Origin: Styela clava
Lineage: Eukaryota
DNA: 64,000 nucleotides
NCBI RefSeq assembly: GCF_964204865.1
Contig: NC_135262.1
Coordinates: 11,346,001-11,410,000 of the forward strand
Reading direction: 5' to 3'
Shown here: one piece after another, positions 50,461-64,000 of the stretch
Layout of the letters: every line of letters starts with the position of its first letter
How positions within the stretch are numbered: position 1 is the first letter of the stretch
The notes under the pieces: generated by a model
What the model was told of the DNA's origin: nothing
What the model saw: only the letters and a program-made list of their open reading frames with translations
Databases searched by the model: none
Program-made: the position numbers and the translations under genes

Positions 50461-50720
50461 TTAGATTCTGTTGTAATGTGAAAAAATTAGAATTTGAATA
50501 AATTATGTTTAGAGCTGTAGGGTGTATTGTACCTAATTTATGGCAGTGGAGGTATGGCTTTAGCAGCCTTATTATTAAAACAAGAGTTGATGAAAATAGA
50601 GTTTATGCATTGAGCAGTTAGTTTTTTTGTCGACGGATAAGAAATGATTTAAACAAGTTTGAGGATTGCCAGTTCCTATGATTCTAAAATTTCGACAAAT
50701 TGTGATCTGAAAATTCAATA
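50461..50720 (+). pseudogene. Third relic copy of the SRCR-RING gene: proximal promoter joined to intron-2 sequence
   Basis: 50461-50620 resembles 35461-35620 and 55550-55640 (gttgtaatgtg...tagcagcc.tattattaaaacaa...ttgagcagt). 50621-50720 resembles 37527-37625 (ttttgtcga.ggataag...gattctaaa.atttcgacaaa). Confidence 0.65.
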
Positions 50721-52765
50721 TACATATACTGTACAGCCATTTGAGCCAAACACCGCCACTTCATTCCATATCCATGACCTTACTGTATATTAGGTACCGA
50801 TGAGGTTGCATCTACATATCACAAGCTTGGGAGTCATATTGATATAATGAGTGCGTTAGGGTGAGGGCTTTACAAATAACTCTCAGAAACTCTCAAACGG
50901 CTTTTGATGGAAGTTACATACAATAAGTGTAAAATATATGTCACAGATTATTGTGATATCAGCATCATTTAGTCACTAGTGACAAGTCCCTACATTTTAT
51001 TTGTTCGTAACGAATCATACATTACCAGCCCTTCGTGGTGCATGAATACATACAAAAGATTGCAATCCATGATGCCAATGACGACATTGAAAATTTCTTT
51101 TCAGTGAACTATTCTTCGGCTATTGGAAGTAAAATATCGACGAACTAATCAAATTAAAATTTGGTGCAATTGGTAGATTGGTAGAATTTGGTGCAAACAA
51201 ATTTTTCACGTCCAAAATTACAAGAAATAATGCTTGCGAAAGGGAAAAAATGATTTCGTAGATGTATGAAAGATCTAAACGGGTGAAATTGGTTAATTCA
51301 AACAAATTTTAATTTGATAAGTTTGTGGAGAGTTATTGGCAATAGAGAAAGGTGGGCCACGGTGGGATATGGGGCACAGTGGAAAATCTCTCGTACTTAT
51401 ACTATATCCATAATCAGTCATTCGTTTTGAAGTATGACTCCGCCTTTCGGTGAGTTGCGAGGTCCCCGCAAACGGACAGCTGTCATGCAGAGCGACGCAA
51501 GATATGATTTTGCCAATGTGACAGTGGCACTCAGGTACTGGTTTTGCGACGCAATTGCTCGCACGTACCAGATTAAATAAACTAAAAACTCGTTTCGCGG
51601 GCACACCATTCAAAATTGAAATTTCTCTGCAGGTCGCACAATTTTTCTTTGCGAGCCGCATTTGGCCCGTGGGCCGCAGTTATCACACCCCTGCTTTAGT
51701 CCACTGTGAAATATTAATAACGTTCGGAAAGGGAATATTGAATTATAAAATATTGACTCCGCGATATATTACATTCTATTTCATTTTCACTTTTTATTTA
51801 ATACCTCATTAAGTATAGATAATCCGAGATAATGTAATGTCTTTTCCGTTAACAACAACTCAAGTATTTGTAAGAACTGCAACCAATTCTCATCCCAAGA
51901 TGAGATTTTTTTCAAAAATCATGATGCGTCCCATCAAAAACTTTACTGGCAGCATCAGTAAAATCATGCTCCACTGCGCACAACTCGATAGTGTTTCATC
52001 TATTGAGTGCTCAGAGGCCTAGAAACTCGTTATGTTTAGTGTTATATTAGGTTTTTTTTTGGCCCATGGCCCAATTCAAAATATATTCTAAATTCAAAAA
52101 TATTTTCTACAGGGTATTCGAAAGAGTAAATTATCTGCTTTTGGTCAAAATTGGACATTTTACTTGTTAAGATATAGATGTGGATTTTGTTGCTTTATTG
52201 AACACAGTGAACATTACAGCAACTGGAAAAAAAGTATACAACCCGTATTTGATGTTCATGGCCTTTTTAACAAAGAACTGTTATTATTGAGAATGAATGT
52301 TACAGAACTCAGTTTTAATTAAAGTTAGTCATAAACCAAAAGTAAACAATAAATTTATTCCAGATTCAATCATAAGAATCTAAAATATTCAAGAGTAATT
52401 TTATGATGACTCTTTATAAAGTAGTTTTATGTTATCAATTTGTTTAAGGATATTTTTGAGAGAATATCTGAAATATTTCAGTTGAACATTGATTTTAAAA
52501 TCAATAAATTACCAAATTTGAAGTCCCACATTTGGTTAGATGGTGATGCTTACGGGTTACTAATTTTTAACGGCATACTTCGTTCAATTTGTTAGAATGC
52601 CCCATGGTGTGTTCGAATGTAGCCTACCCCGGTAACGCAGTGGAACTAAAAAAAAAATTTCCAGCCAGCAAATTTTTCATGTTATCCAAGATGAGCTGTT
52701 GTGGGTATTATCAAAGATCAGCTGTTGTGAAGTATTATGACATCAGAGATTGGCGCTTATTGAAC

Positions 52766-53020
52766 TGGCAGTATTTGTACATCACCTTAATGGCTGGATT
52801 TGTATATGAAGTTGGCTATATATGCATATGACTTGGCAGTATTCGTGCATCAACTTAATAGCTGTATTTGTATATTGAGTTGGCTACATATGCATATGAC
52901 TTGGCAGCATTTGTACATCACCTCAATGGCTGTATTTGTATATTGAGTTGGCTATATATGCATATGACTTGGTAGTATATGTATATATGAGTTGGCGGTA
53001 TATGCATATTCTTGGCAGTA
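52766..53020. repeat. 68-bp tandem repeat (~3.5 copies) built from ~23-bp subunits
   Basis: Units start tggcagtatt-like at 52766, 52834, 52902 and 52970. Confidence 0.85.
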
Positions 53021-53099
53021 TATATGTATGGCGCGTTACCAAACCTATCGATTTCACCTGCCAAAACACTTCTGCGAGACTTTCAATATTTTTGTGAAG

Positions 53100-54110
53100 T
53101 TGTGGTTTTTTCATTAACAGCGAATGGCATAGAAAAACTGACTTACGAGTTTGCTGTATGAGATGGTTTACAAGTCATAGAGTACAGCCAGAAAAGATTA
53201 GTGGTCTGGGTTTAAATTCGGCACCCTGACCTTTTAACATTAAGAAAACCTCAGTCGTTGTTCACAGAAAGGGCAAACTTGAACAAACTGACGTCTCGGA
53301 GTATTTTGACTTGTAAGAAAACGTCCTAAAGGACGTATGTCATTTTGATCAGCCCAGTAAGATTTACAATGTTGATGAAACTGTGGTAAAAAGTTGTCAG
53401 AAGTGAACCAGGTGAGACCAGGCAAATTTTGGTAAAACTCCATTGTGATTTCAGGTAGCTTTCAATAAATTGAATGATTTATTCTGGCAAGGCTGAAGCA
53501 AAGAAATATGTGAAAAAGTCATTCAGGCAGAAATTATAATACAGTATTGAGAAGTGAAAACTTTGCAACCGTACTGCTCCGTACTACAGCTCATGCAGAA
53601 AAAAACGTCATCTAACTTTTACAAGAAATCCAGCTCACAGACAGAGAAAGAAACGTAACGATGAGCTCAGCGCCGGGAATCCCAAAAGTGGCTTCATGAT
53701 AGTTGCCCCGGTGTTTATAGAAGAAGCATTATGTCATTACAATGTGGTAGCTTTTCTGCTTGAAGCTACTTTGCATACATACATTCTTTCGCATACTAAA
53801 TTTTAGGACCATAACTGTTTTGTTATCTTACAATTCTTTGCGATATTCAAGCATTTACTCAAGTTTTTTTGTAGTTAAGACTGGGATTTGTGTAATAGTG
53901 CAAGCAAATTTTTGCTGCTTTTGTGTTATGTGATACTTTTATGGGCTATGCTATACGCGACGGTTGACAAACGGCAGAAGTTGCCGAGTGGCTAAAGAGT
54001 TGAGATCTATATGTATGCAGAATACTTGCCAAGTTTTGGGAGTATTCGACAAAAAGTTTTTGAAATATAGGTAATTTTCAATGAGGGGGACCATCTTCCC
54101 CCGTCCTATT
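53100..54110 (+). mobile_element. Decayed pogo-like (Tc1/mariner superfamily) transposase relic
   Basis: KIYNVDET at ~53359-53382 (pogo/CENP-B-type first catalytic Asp context); many stops; homologous to 30730-31265. Confidence 0.6.
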
Positions 54111-55705
54111 TAAAGCAAGTAAGAATAAGCAGCATTCGTTTTAAAAAACTCAGTGTAGAAACTCATATTTTGAACAACGTGGAAAGTTCACTGTGGCAAC
54201 ATGTTAAAAATATCATCATCATCTTGTCGGATGTCACAGCAATGTATTGAAATAATGAGAGAATTTACGTTCGAAGGTTGGTGTTGGCGCCCGGACGTTG
54301 TGACAAATCAAAGCAGTAGTTGGAAAATAAATTACCTGTATCACAAACCGTAATGTTTGTAAATATCACTTTATAATCGATCCTAAGTATTTTGTCCTTC
54401 ATGATTCAAATTTTACACCAAAACTATTTTATATACAGTGTGTTCATGAAGTCCCTTTAATTTTTCAAGTATTTTTACTTCATTTAATACATCTGTAAGA
54501 GCCAAAACAATATAGGATATTCGATTCGATAAAATTGTTAACCACATCAAAATTGTTTTTATAATAAATTCTTCAATAAAATGTACTCTTGAAACACACA
54601 GATGTCTTTGGCGGTTGTAGTCTTTTTACAAACACTTAATTCGGCCGTCTGTAGATAAAAGGTTGTCCCCCCCCCAATATGTCTGTTCACTATGGATTAA
54701 AGTATTTTGAGAGATATTATTGCCTCATCTGAAATGAGGGATAAGAATACAAACCAGAATTTTGTTCGACATTAACAGAATCCCCAATAAAACATATTAT
54801 TGAGAACAAAACAAATAAACACGAGCACTTTCGTTGCGCAATACGTTCTGTAATAGGATTTATTAGACTTCACCACAAAGTCTCAGACAATAAGCAAACA
54901 TATCCTGTATACATACATATTTATTGGTCTGTTTGTTCATCACATATATAAGTTGTGTGTCTTCAAATTATATTGTTAGAGATAAAACTGACGTAGAGAA
55001 TATTACCATACGAAAACATTTAAAGCTTGAAGTAAAAAGGAGTTGAGAAAAACTAAGGAACCTAAAAGCCAGTTTAAATTCTTTGTTTTACAAAGTATCT
55101 TTAAGATCTCATAATTTTGACATAACCCATAATCGTGATATCGTTATCGATTAATACATAAATAGTAGTTTGAACTTTAAAATATTGGAACTGTTTTATA
55201 TTAATAAACTATGTGATAAAATGGCAAATATCAGAATTATACTATAAGTCAGTACATTATTGGCTTCTAAACTCTACCAATGATGCTATAAATTTAATAC
55301 TATACCTAAAATACTGCCGTATGTAATCCTAATACCATTACGTATAATTAAGATACGTATAATTGAATTATTACAATATACAAGTGCCTAAACTGTGATG
55401 ATAACGTAGCAATTGGTGGTATTTAGATTGCAAAAATTAGAAACAAAATCTGTTGAACACCAGTTGACTTAAGCTCGGCGGGCCATTTCAAATCGTTATG
55501 CAGGCCTGATTTGGCCCGCGGTTCGGGAACCCCTGGATTAGAGGAACCCTAAGATTAGGTTGTAATGTGCAGAAGATTAAAATTTGAATAAATTATGTTT
55601 AGAGATTTAAGATGTGGCTTTACAAGCCTATTTATTAAAACGGAAGTTGAGCAGAAAATACTCCAAATCCAACTGCGAATCAAGGACCTGATACCAAGGA
55701 TCATT

Positions 55706-58700
55706 ATGTCGTCGTATTACGTTTATATTTTATTATATTTATTCATGTTTTTTCAAAGTGGAGTCATGAATCTAAGTAAGTTATTACTTACATTTTCCAA
55801 AAGATAGTAACCTCATAATTTGATGTATTTAAAGTAAAGTCGAGATTGTCAAAAAATAAAACTGTTTGTTTTGCCATCGAAGAAGTTGTTGAATGATTCC
55901 ACAATTGTATTGGTATACCCATACTGATATTAGACATTTCTCAACCTTCTTGTCCTGTTGTGCCAATGAACGCCACACAATTTGGAGTGTTCAATTCCAC
56001 GTTTCCATTGGTAACAAGACTATATGATATATTTTATCAAAGCGAACATTATGAACCCTAGGCTGTGACCCAGTATAAGTAAACAGATTCAGTCAAATTT
56101 TGTTCTTATTTACTTCAATGACCACAAAACTACAACGTTCCTGAACACTTTACATTGAACGTGAAAAATTGATCATTTCAATGAATTAAAATTTGGAGTT
56201 TAACAATAATCTTATCGGTTCTTTTAATTGTTCGACGATTGTTTTATTATAGTGCAATTGTGTCTTGTCAGATGAATACAAAAATGTGCGAATTTAAATG
56301 TGTCAACCTTTATACGAATAGAATTTCGATTTCATACCATGGAATTATATATATGAAATTTAATGCTTTAAACATATGAAATACCTAAATTATAAATGGG
56401 AGTGAAAAACGATAACCTTGGTTTCCAGGTGAAAATTCTTTCCTGGCTGAATGCGTATACTACAAACTCGGATGCCCGGTCTCTGTTTCTTGTCAAGTTC
56501 TTGCCAGACCAGGCGATTACTACTGTTGTAAAACTGGCACTTGTTGTGGATTTTCAGAATGTAGAAACACAGGTAATAAATTTTGTGTAAGTTCTTTATG
56601 GAAAATTAACTGTGTCACCTTTTCTTATGGTAAAATTAGAGATGTACCGATATCACTTCCCTCGCCGATACCGATACTGTCAAAAATGGCGAAAGAACGA
56701 CATGCTAATTTTAGTTAATAGATAAGTAATGATTTACCCAAGTTTAAGCATTCCAAATCTCTGATTCTAAAAATCTGTAAGGTAAAAATTTTACTCAGGC
56801 AAAAAAGTAAAATTAGAGGTAGAAATGACCCCGAGTGTGGATAAAGAAGATATGCAATTACAATAGGAGTACATAAAAGTTGAGTAGCATTTCTATCTTC
56901 TAATAAAAGCTGAGAATTATTTTTGAAATTGAAGGTAACATATTTTGGTCACCAAATCTATTCATGAATCTATTTCGTGTTTTAAAAAGAAAAATAACTG
57001 CACTCATATTTTTGTTTCCTGTCGAATGGTTTTTAAATCACTGACGCCACAATGCGCAAAGCAAACTTTTTTTTCATCATATGGACATTAACAGCTAAAT
57101 AGTCTAACACTTTCTATAATAGCTTATCTCATTACAGATATTAACTGTAACGGAGTGGTTTGTGACGACTACAACACTTGCTGTCGCGATATATCATACG
57201 GCGGTTGCTGCGCAAATCTGGAGGGTCAAGGTATATTAATTATTTACATGTTTGCTCAATAATACATTTCACCTACATGTATTTATAAACATACCTGTAT
57301 TTTTATTAACATTTGTAACAGATTTTAGAATAGAATCGCATATTTTTTCCTAATCGCATCTCAAATATTTGGAAGATATTCAAATGCATGTAACTTTTTT
57401 TTATTGTCATTACGTTTTTCACTTGGGTCATCCAATCACAGAAATTAGTCAAAACGTAGAATCAATCACTCAGACAGTTTCGAAATTTCCAGCCCTATGT
57501 ATGAGTACTTCATTAGGGAATTTCATAGTTTAACTATTGGTTGTCTAGACATATAAAAATATAATCAAACTCAGCAAGATTACGCAATCCATCCCACTCA
57601 CACTTTCCTTTCTTACTGATACCTATGAATGGAAACGACGTGCAGTTAGACTGTCTGATGGAAGAGTACCTCAAGAAGTAGAAATATATCACTCAGGAAT
57701 CTGGGGAACAATATGTGATGATGGCTGGGATGAAAACGACGCAGAAGTTGTTTGCCGGATGTTGGAGTTTCCTGGAGTAATATCAGCGCCTTTATATGCC
57801 TTATATGGGAAGGGAACTGGTCCAACATGGCTCAGTGAAGTTGACTGCTCTGGAGCTGAAAATGGATTGTCGGGTTGTCCTCATAATGCATGGGGCGTTC
57901 ATCATTGTGGACACAACGAAGATGCGTCTGTCAAATGTTTACCTAATGGTATGTTCATGAACATTAAAACGTAGAAGTGTTTATAATGGCGAAGTAAGGT
58001 CACAGAATTCACACTAATATAAAAGATTCTTATGAAGGCGCTACGAAAAATCAGTATCAGGTATTTGTCAGGGCCTCTTTTTAATCACCTTTGCATACCA
58101 TATCTTAGCCACACTTAGACAAGTTAATGCGACCAAGAAAACATCTCAATTAATTTAAATTTACAGTACAGAAGCTCTTGGAACTTTATTCCACTATATG
58201 TCTGAATGATTTTCACAAGAAATAAAATTAATGTGTTTAAGCTTATTTGGACGCTTGTGCCAATTATGTACAACCTCACACCCATGTTAGTTTCTATTTC
58301 TTTTTTTGCAGTTCTATTTATTCGATTTATATTTATAGTTCGCTTAGCTGACGGTCAACTCAACAAAGGCCGCGTGGAAATATTTCACGCGGGTGCATGG
58401 GGAACAATATGGGATTTCAGTTGGGATCTAGAAGATGCAAGAGTTGTTTGTAGGACGCTTGAGTTTCCAGGAGTTATATCTGCACTAAAAAACGCGTATT
58501 ATGGAGAGGGCACGGGTCAAATTTGGTTAAACAACGTCAACTGTGATGGGAATGAAGATTCATTAGACCAATGTCCCCATAATAGTTGGGGATCAAATTC
58601 TTGTTCACATGGTGATGACGCGGCTGTAGAGTGTCTATCAACAGGTTTGTTGAATAAAGTTATTTTGCAAATTTCAAGTGATCGTATTATGAATACTACT

Positions 58701-61700
58701 TTAGTTTAAACAGTCATGTACTGAAATGTACTATAGATTTATTTTTAAACATCGATGATACCATGTTGTAAGATGTGTCCGTATAGACTTCTTCTGAGAT
58801 CTTTGAAATCAAACATATTGAAAGCAGTGGTTCCCAACCTTTTATTGCCCGCGGCCCCATTCCAGAAGTGTCCACCATCTATGGCTCGCCTGTTCACCAT
58901 TCCAGTGGTATTTAGAGTGCTATTCTGATTGATAGATTATGAATCCCATTATGTTAGCACAATTCAAGTTCAAGTGAAAACATCCTGTGGAATATATTTC
59001 TCAGGCAATGAAACTAGGAAGAAATATCTTGTGGCTCCTCTCCAACACTGTGTTGACCCTTGATGAGCCACAGGGCCCCCGAAAACGCTGATCAAAAGCA
59101 TAACATACAGGCCTTCGCCAGGATGAATTGTCAAAACCCAGAATCATAATTGTTCTGACCAACATGTGTTTCTGGATGTATTTCCGCCCCTCAACATTGT
59201 TTACCACCAGATTTTAAATAAATACACGTTTCACCTTTTTTATAGTTCGTATAGTAGACGGAAATGATATAAATGGGGTGAACAAAGATTGGAAGATTGT
59301 AATCACGGTTCCTGGGGGTCACATCATTGCACCCATGCTGAAGATGCCTCGGCACATTGTCTTCCTACAGGTCAGTAGGCGCACGTGAATAGATTATGCG
59401 ATATTTCACGTTCAGTTTTTGTAAGCGAGTAACACACCATTGTTGTCTAATGTCCCGATGACAGGGTGAACAATTTATTGATCGTGAAAGATCCAACGAT
59501 TTTCTGATCAATATTTTATCATTAACTCATACTTATTACAATGAAGATAATTTGCCAGACATATGTTCACAAGTTTGTCCTCCATCGGCACATTCAGCTA
59601 ATAGCTTTTCTATGGGATTCTTGTGGGAAACGTCCCACGGGATAGCACCATGTGTATTCCCCATGAGACATGTGAACAAGTAGCCTTGTATATAACTGGG
59701 ACAATTTTATTTAAGATTACGTTTTGTACGTCAACAAAAATGACATTATGTCCTTGTCGGCGCGGTTTTAAAAAAGCCGTTTATGTAACGTATTAACCCA
59801 TACCAATTTGCGATCGGGTCAGGAAAAGATTTTTGTGGCTACGCCATTCACGGTTTTCAGAAAAAGCACTGTACGGACGAATTTCCGACGACCAGTCTAC
59901 ATCAACCCCTTAATCAGCATCCATTTATAGTTGACATTTCTTTTACATCTTGTTGGAAGCGTCACAGGTTTGACCTTCCCTGGATGTCATTCGCAGTATT
60001 GATGTCGTAATTCTTTTCATGTTTTGTTTTTTCTGTGATTGTTCGTAGTAGTCGATATTCGATATTTATTGAATTGCAATGAGATGGGACTGCAATAAAT
60101 TGAGTGGGACTCCAAACTATTTACATAAAAAGCATGCTTAACGTGCTGTTCTGAGTTAGGGTAGATATATACTTCGAAGATATTGGTTGAAGTAAGCATA
60201 TGAAGTGAGATTCATTCTATGTTCTCGGTCAGAACAAATATAATTCTCTAGCAAAATAGATCATTTGTATAAAGTGATTTTGAAAAATCGGAACAAGTGC
60301 GGGGCACAACATATTCGAGATACAAATTTTATACACTACTTTTTTTAGTCATTGTTACGAGAGTATTTTGATATTGAATGTAAAAAAATTGATATAATTT
60401 CATTCAAATCTGAAGCCGTTCGAAGATCAACTAATTTTGTACCAAACTAAAGCCCACGCAAAAATAGGTAATTCGAACATATTTTGGACTCATTAGAGGA
60501 AACCTCCATGGATACAACATATTCATGCGGCAAATTCTTCAAATTTGAATATTTTGTCAACAAACCACTACTGAAACGTTGCAAATGAAAATATGCAAAA
60601 ACATACATTTGTGTATTGAGGGCCAATCGAAGTCCTTTAAATCCATATTGTGTGTATGTTTATTGAATTGATTTTTCTTATCACAGTTCGGCTAGTCAAC
60701 AGTGGCGTAGCTCACAAAGGAAGAGTCGAGATATTTCATGATGGTTTATGGGGAACTATATGTGGTTATTACTATTGGGACATAAATAATGCAAAGGTTT
60801 TTTGTAAAATGCTTGGCTTTCCTGACGTTATATCAGCACCCACGTCATCATTTTACGGACCAGGTACTGGCAAGATTTGGCTTTATGCTGTCCAGTGCAC
60901 TGGATATGAAGCCACTTTAGAAGACTGCTACAACAATGGTTGGGGAGACGTTAGTTCATGCAATCATGGATATGATGCCTCCGTTGAACGTATTTCAACT
61001 GGTAAGATGAATATTAAATCATATTTTATATGTAATTAATTTTTTTTCAAGTGATGTGAAATAGTCTGAAGATTGAGTTCACATTTCATCGGTTATACAC
61101 ATAATATTACCAATACGATTTTCGACGATGTCGAGTGGCAAGGATATGTAGTGGCAGGTAGGACATAACCGAGGTTAAGAATTATTTTACAAATTCTTGG
61201 TGCGATATCAACAGATGCAGACTATACAACAGACGGGGATGGATCGACGACGCATAGTTTGTAACTGTGTATAAATGCTTTTAGGACTATAGTCCAATTA
61301 TTGCTATCACAGCAAAGTTGCGTCCGTTCATTCTAAAATTCATCTGCGATCAGAATGAATATTCATACATCAACGCCATTACGATTGCTTCACTGTGATC
61401 GGCTCGGAGATGACGATGATCGGCATTTCGCTATCAGTGTACGTTGATATATATATATATATATACCTACACTGTCGAGTGTGGAACCACAGAGAAACAT
61501 GGAAGGTGATTGAGCATTGTCAAAGTTCTGCTGACTGTCGAGCTCACGAGCACGGTCGGTATATGACGTGATGAAGCTGATTTACTTAGCGTTTATCGTT
61601 GATTTTCTGTCATTTCCCAAACTACCTGAACAGTGCCCGAATTCATTTTGCTTCAAGTTTGTTGATTACCAATCTTGCAGCAGCTTTTATCGCTCTATCC

Positions 61701-62401
61701 GGTCACACCGAGAAACTCTTCAATGTGAGGTTAATATGGCGAGCATCGATTAACATGTTCCTAGCAGTGGAAATGTTTGTAATAGCCATTCAGGAAAGGT
61801 AGTACAATAAATTTTATAACAACGGAAATAGATAAACGGCCTTCGTGTGAAATGAACAAGATGACCGCAAAAAATATCCATGCGGTATACTTATCAGCAG
61901 CAGCTACCTTACAATGATTATTTTCATAGAGCAACAAATTACGAGAACAACGTGCTATCAAACTGGCGATATGCGGAAATTTGCGCATGCTGCAACATAT
62001 GTACTAATACTGTCCCCGTCTGAAATCAGTAAATTCCTCTGAATATTATTTTATCGATGTTATTATTTGACACAAGTTTTGTTCTTTTATAGTTCGTATA
62101 GTAAGCGGCAATGGAATAAATGAAGGAAGAGTAGAAATATACCACGGAGAAATATGGGGAACAATATGCGATGATGGTTGGGATATTAAAGATGCGGAAG
62201 TTGTGTGTAGAATGATGGGATTTCCCGAAGCAAAGTCTGCTCCTGTTCGAGCTTATTATGGGAAAGGGGTTGGTCAAATATGGCTGAGTAGCGTCTCTTG
62301 CTCAGGGGATGAACAAAGGTTGGAAAATTGCAATCACGGTTCTTGGGGATCACATCATTGCAGCCATGATGAAGATGCTTCCGTGCATTGTCTTCCTACA
62401 G
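55706..62401 (+). pseudogene. Tandem paralog of the SRCR-RING gene, 5' part only; partly decayed (pseudogene, or functional through exon skipping)
   Basis: Exons 55706-55775 (signal), 56429-56572 and 57138-57230 (Cys-rich, intact), SRCR1' 57646-57948 (GR deleted), SRCR2' 58339-58644 (first Cys to Trp), SRCR3' 59246-59370 (125 nt, frameshifting deletion), SRCR5' 60687-61001 (last Cys to Arg), degraded SRCR6 relic ~61100-61330, and an intact extra SRCR3-like exon 62093-62401. Introns are also homologous to copy 1. Confidence 0.75.
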
Positions 62402-62633
62402 GTTAGTAGGCGAATTAAGTATATAGAAAATAAATTGAATGTCCTGTAAAATTTGGGTTCTCGATATCGAATGAAACTAGAATTAAAATGAATCAATGTC
62501 GGTTGTCTAATGCGCTGATAAGCGGGAAAATAACTAATATATATTTGTAAAATGCTAATCGAGAACAACCTGATGATATTCCAGATTCGTAAGTTTGAAA
62601 TATTTTTTAATATTTATAAATACTTATTACAAC

Positions 62634-64000
62634 TAGGTTTGGGATTTCACGACCAGTTTTTGAAATCCCGCTATCGGGATATCCCGGGATTTTTCGGGAT
62701 TGAGTAAAAGATTGAAACAACTTGCATGACAATAAAATCGCGTATTTATTTCATGTAATATCGGCGCAGAAATATTAAAGAATCTATCAGTAATCAGTAA
62801 GTTTATTCTTCACCATACTAAAAATAGGCACAAACATACAAATTGCGATAAATTATAAATAGGCCGTATTTCAGGGCGGAGGAGACTCGGGAAACCAATA
62901 CTGGTTATCGAGCACCGGCACGCAAAAATTAAGTCTAATACTATATTATGAAGAAGAAAAAGTCGAACTAAGTATAATTATGTAAATTGAAAAAAATCTA
63001 GGTTGTGGTTCCCAACCTTTTTTATATCGCGGCACACTATTTAGCTCTTTCAATTTTCGCGGCACACCTATCACAAAACACGAACATTATCCATTCATAA
63101 AGAGTGCGATAGTCCAACGCGAACAAATGGTTAATAGTTACCGATATTCCAAAGTTTTCTTACATTAGAGTAAACGAGAGCGTCTTCGGAGCACCTCACA
63201 TTATTGAAAAAGTCGCGCGACCTCACGGGTAATACGTGGTCGTCTTCAAACGCACCGCCGATCAGGCGCTTCGGTTTTGCTCGCCAGTTCCACGTTACGC
63301 CCTTATTATTATCACACGTATTCTCACTTTTTCACAACCCAATTCAATTTTGTTACAATTCCATACGTTTCTCCCATTGCCAAAATCGTTCAATAGTGTG
63401 AGTGTCTGCTATTGCGAGATAATTGAAAGAGGCAAAACAAACTGTATTTTATAACAACAATTAATTATTATCGTTAAAAACACGAAATAGGTTTGAAGTT
63501 GTTATAAACAATTTTCACCGCTGGATGTATCTTTTTACGTTATGAATTTCGTGCAAGGCCCGAGCATAAATTGATGTCAAATATCATTTACTATGTCGAA
63601 AGGCTTATTCGACTTTTCAAACCGCAGAAACTATCCAAAAAAGATACCCGTTTTGGTGTTCAAGATATGAAATAATCGTCAATTCCACCACGATTTCGCG
63701 AAGTAGTGCAATTTACTAAAATTAATGAAGGTTTTATTAAGTTTGATTGCATCAGTGTTTGGATTACCACGCGTTTCGCCGGATTACTGGCATAGTAACA
63801 TATCGCAAGGGTGTGGAAAATATGGTATTTCCCGGCGAATAAGTCTACCCGGTAAATAGGACGAGGCCCGTTTTTAAGCCTGAAAAAATGGGTTTTAGCA
63901 TATAACCTGCCAATAAGTTGGGGTAGTGAAATCGCATCAACATCGGAATCTCAAATTACCATGCAATGCCTTTTTAGCGGTCGCCGCGTTCGCGCATTGG
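62634..64000. mobile_element. Nested DNA-transposon fragments (hAT-like ends)
   Basis: taggtttgggat...atcccgggatttttcgggatt subterminal motifs, and a Charlie-like start gtggttcccaacct at ~63005. No complete elements are visible. Confidence 0.45.

Overview
AT-rich animal genomic DNA with short spliceosomal introns and many DNA-transposon relics. It looks like an invertebrate chordate or deuterostome, possibly an ascidian; that placement is inference only. Four + strand multi-exon genes were reconstructed by hand from splice sites and reading-frame continuity. (1) A ZFAND5/6-type A20/AN1 zinc-finger gene, 1029-10375, ~214 aa. (2) An ESRP1/2 (fusilli) splicing-regulator gene, 17078-28950, 17 coding exons, ~795 aa. 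It has a U12-type minor intron and dense clusters of its own UGGUG binding motif beside two frame-shifting exons, suggesting autoregulation. (3) The main finding: a 16-exon, ~1014 aa type I membrane protein, 35729-47772, with signal peptide, granulin-like Cys-rich region, 7 SRCR domains, a TM helix, and a cytoplasmic tail with an ITIM/YxxL-like motif, a PSAP motif and a C-terminal LRSAM1/IAP-type RING finger. This is a scavenger receptor fused to an E3 ubiquitin ligase; the TM and RING exons are not in the ORF track. (4) A tandem, rearranged and partly decayed paralog starting at 55706 and probably running off the window. A third, deleted relic copy lies at ~50.5 kb. The rest is MITEs, hAT, PIF/Harbinger-like and pogo-like relics and tandem repeats.
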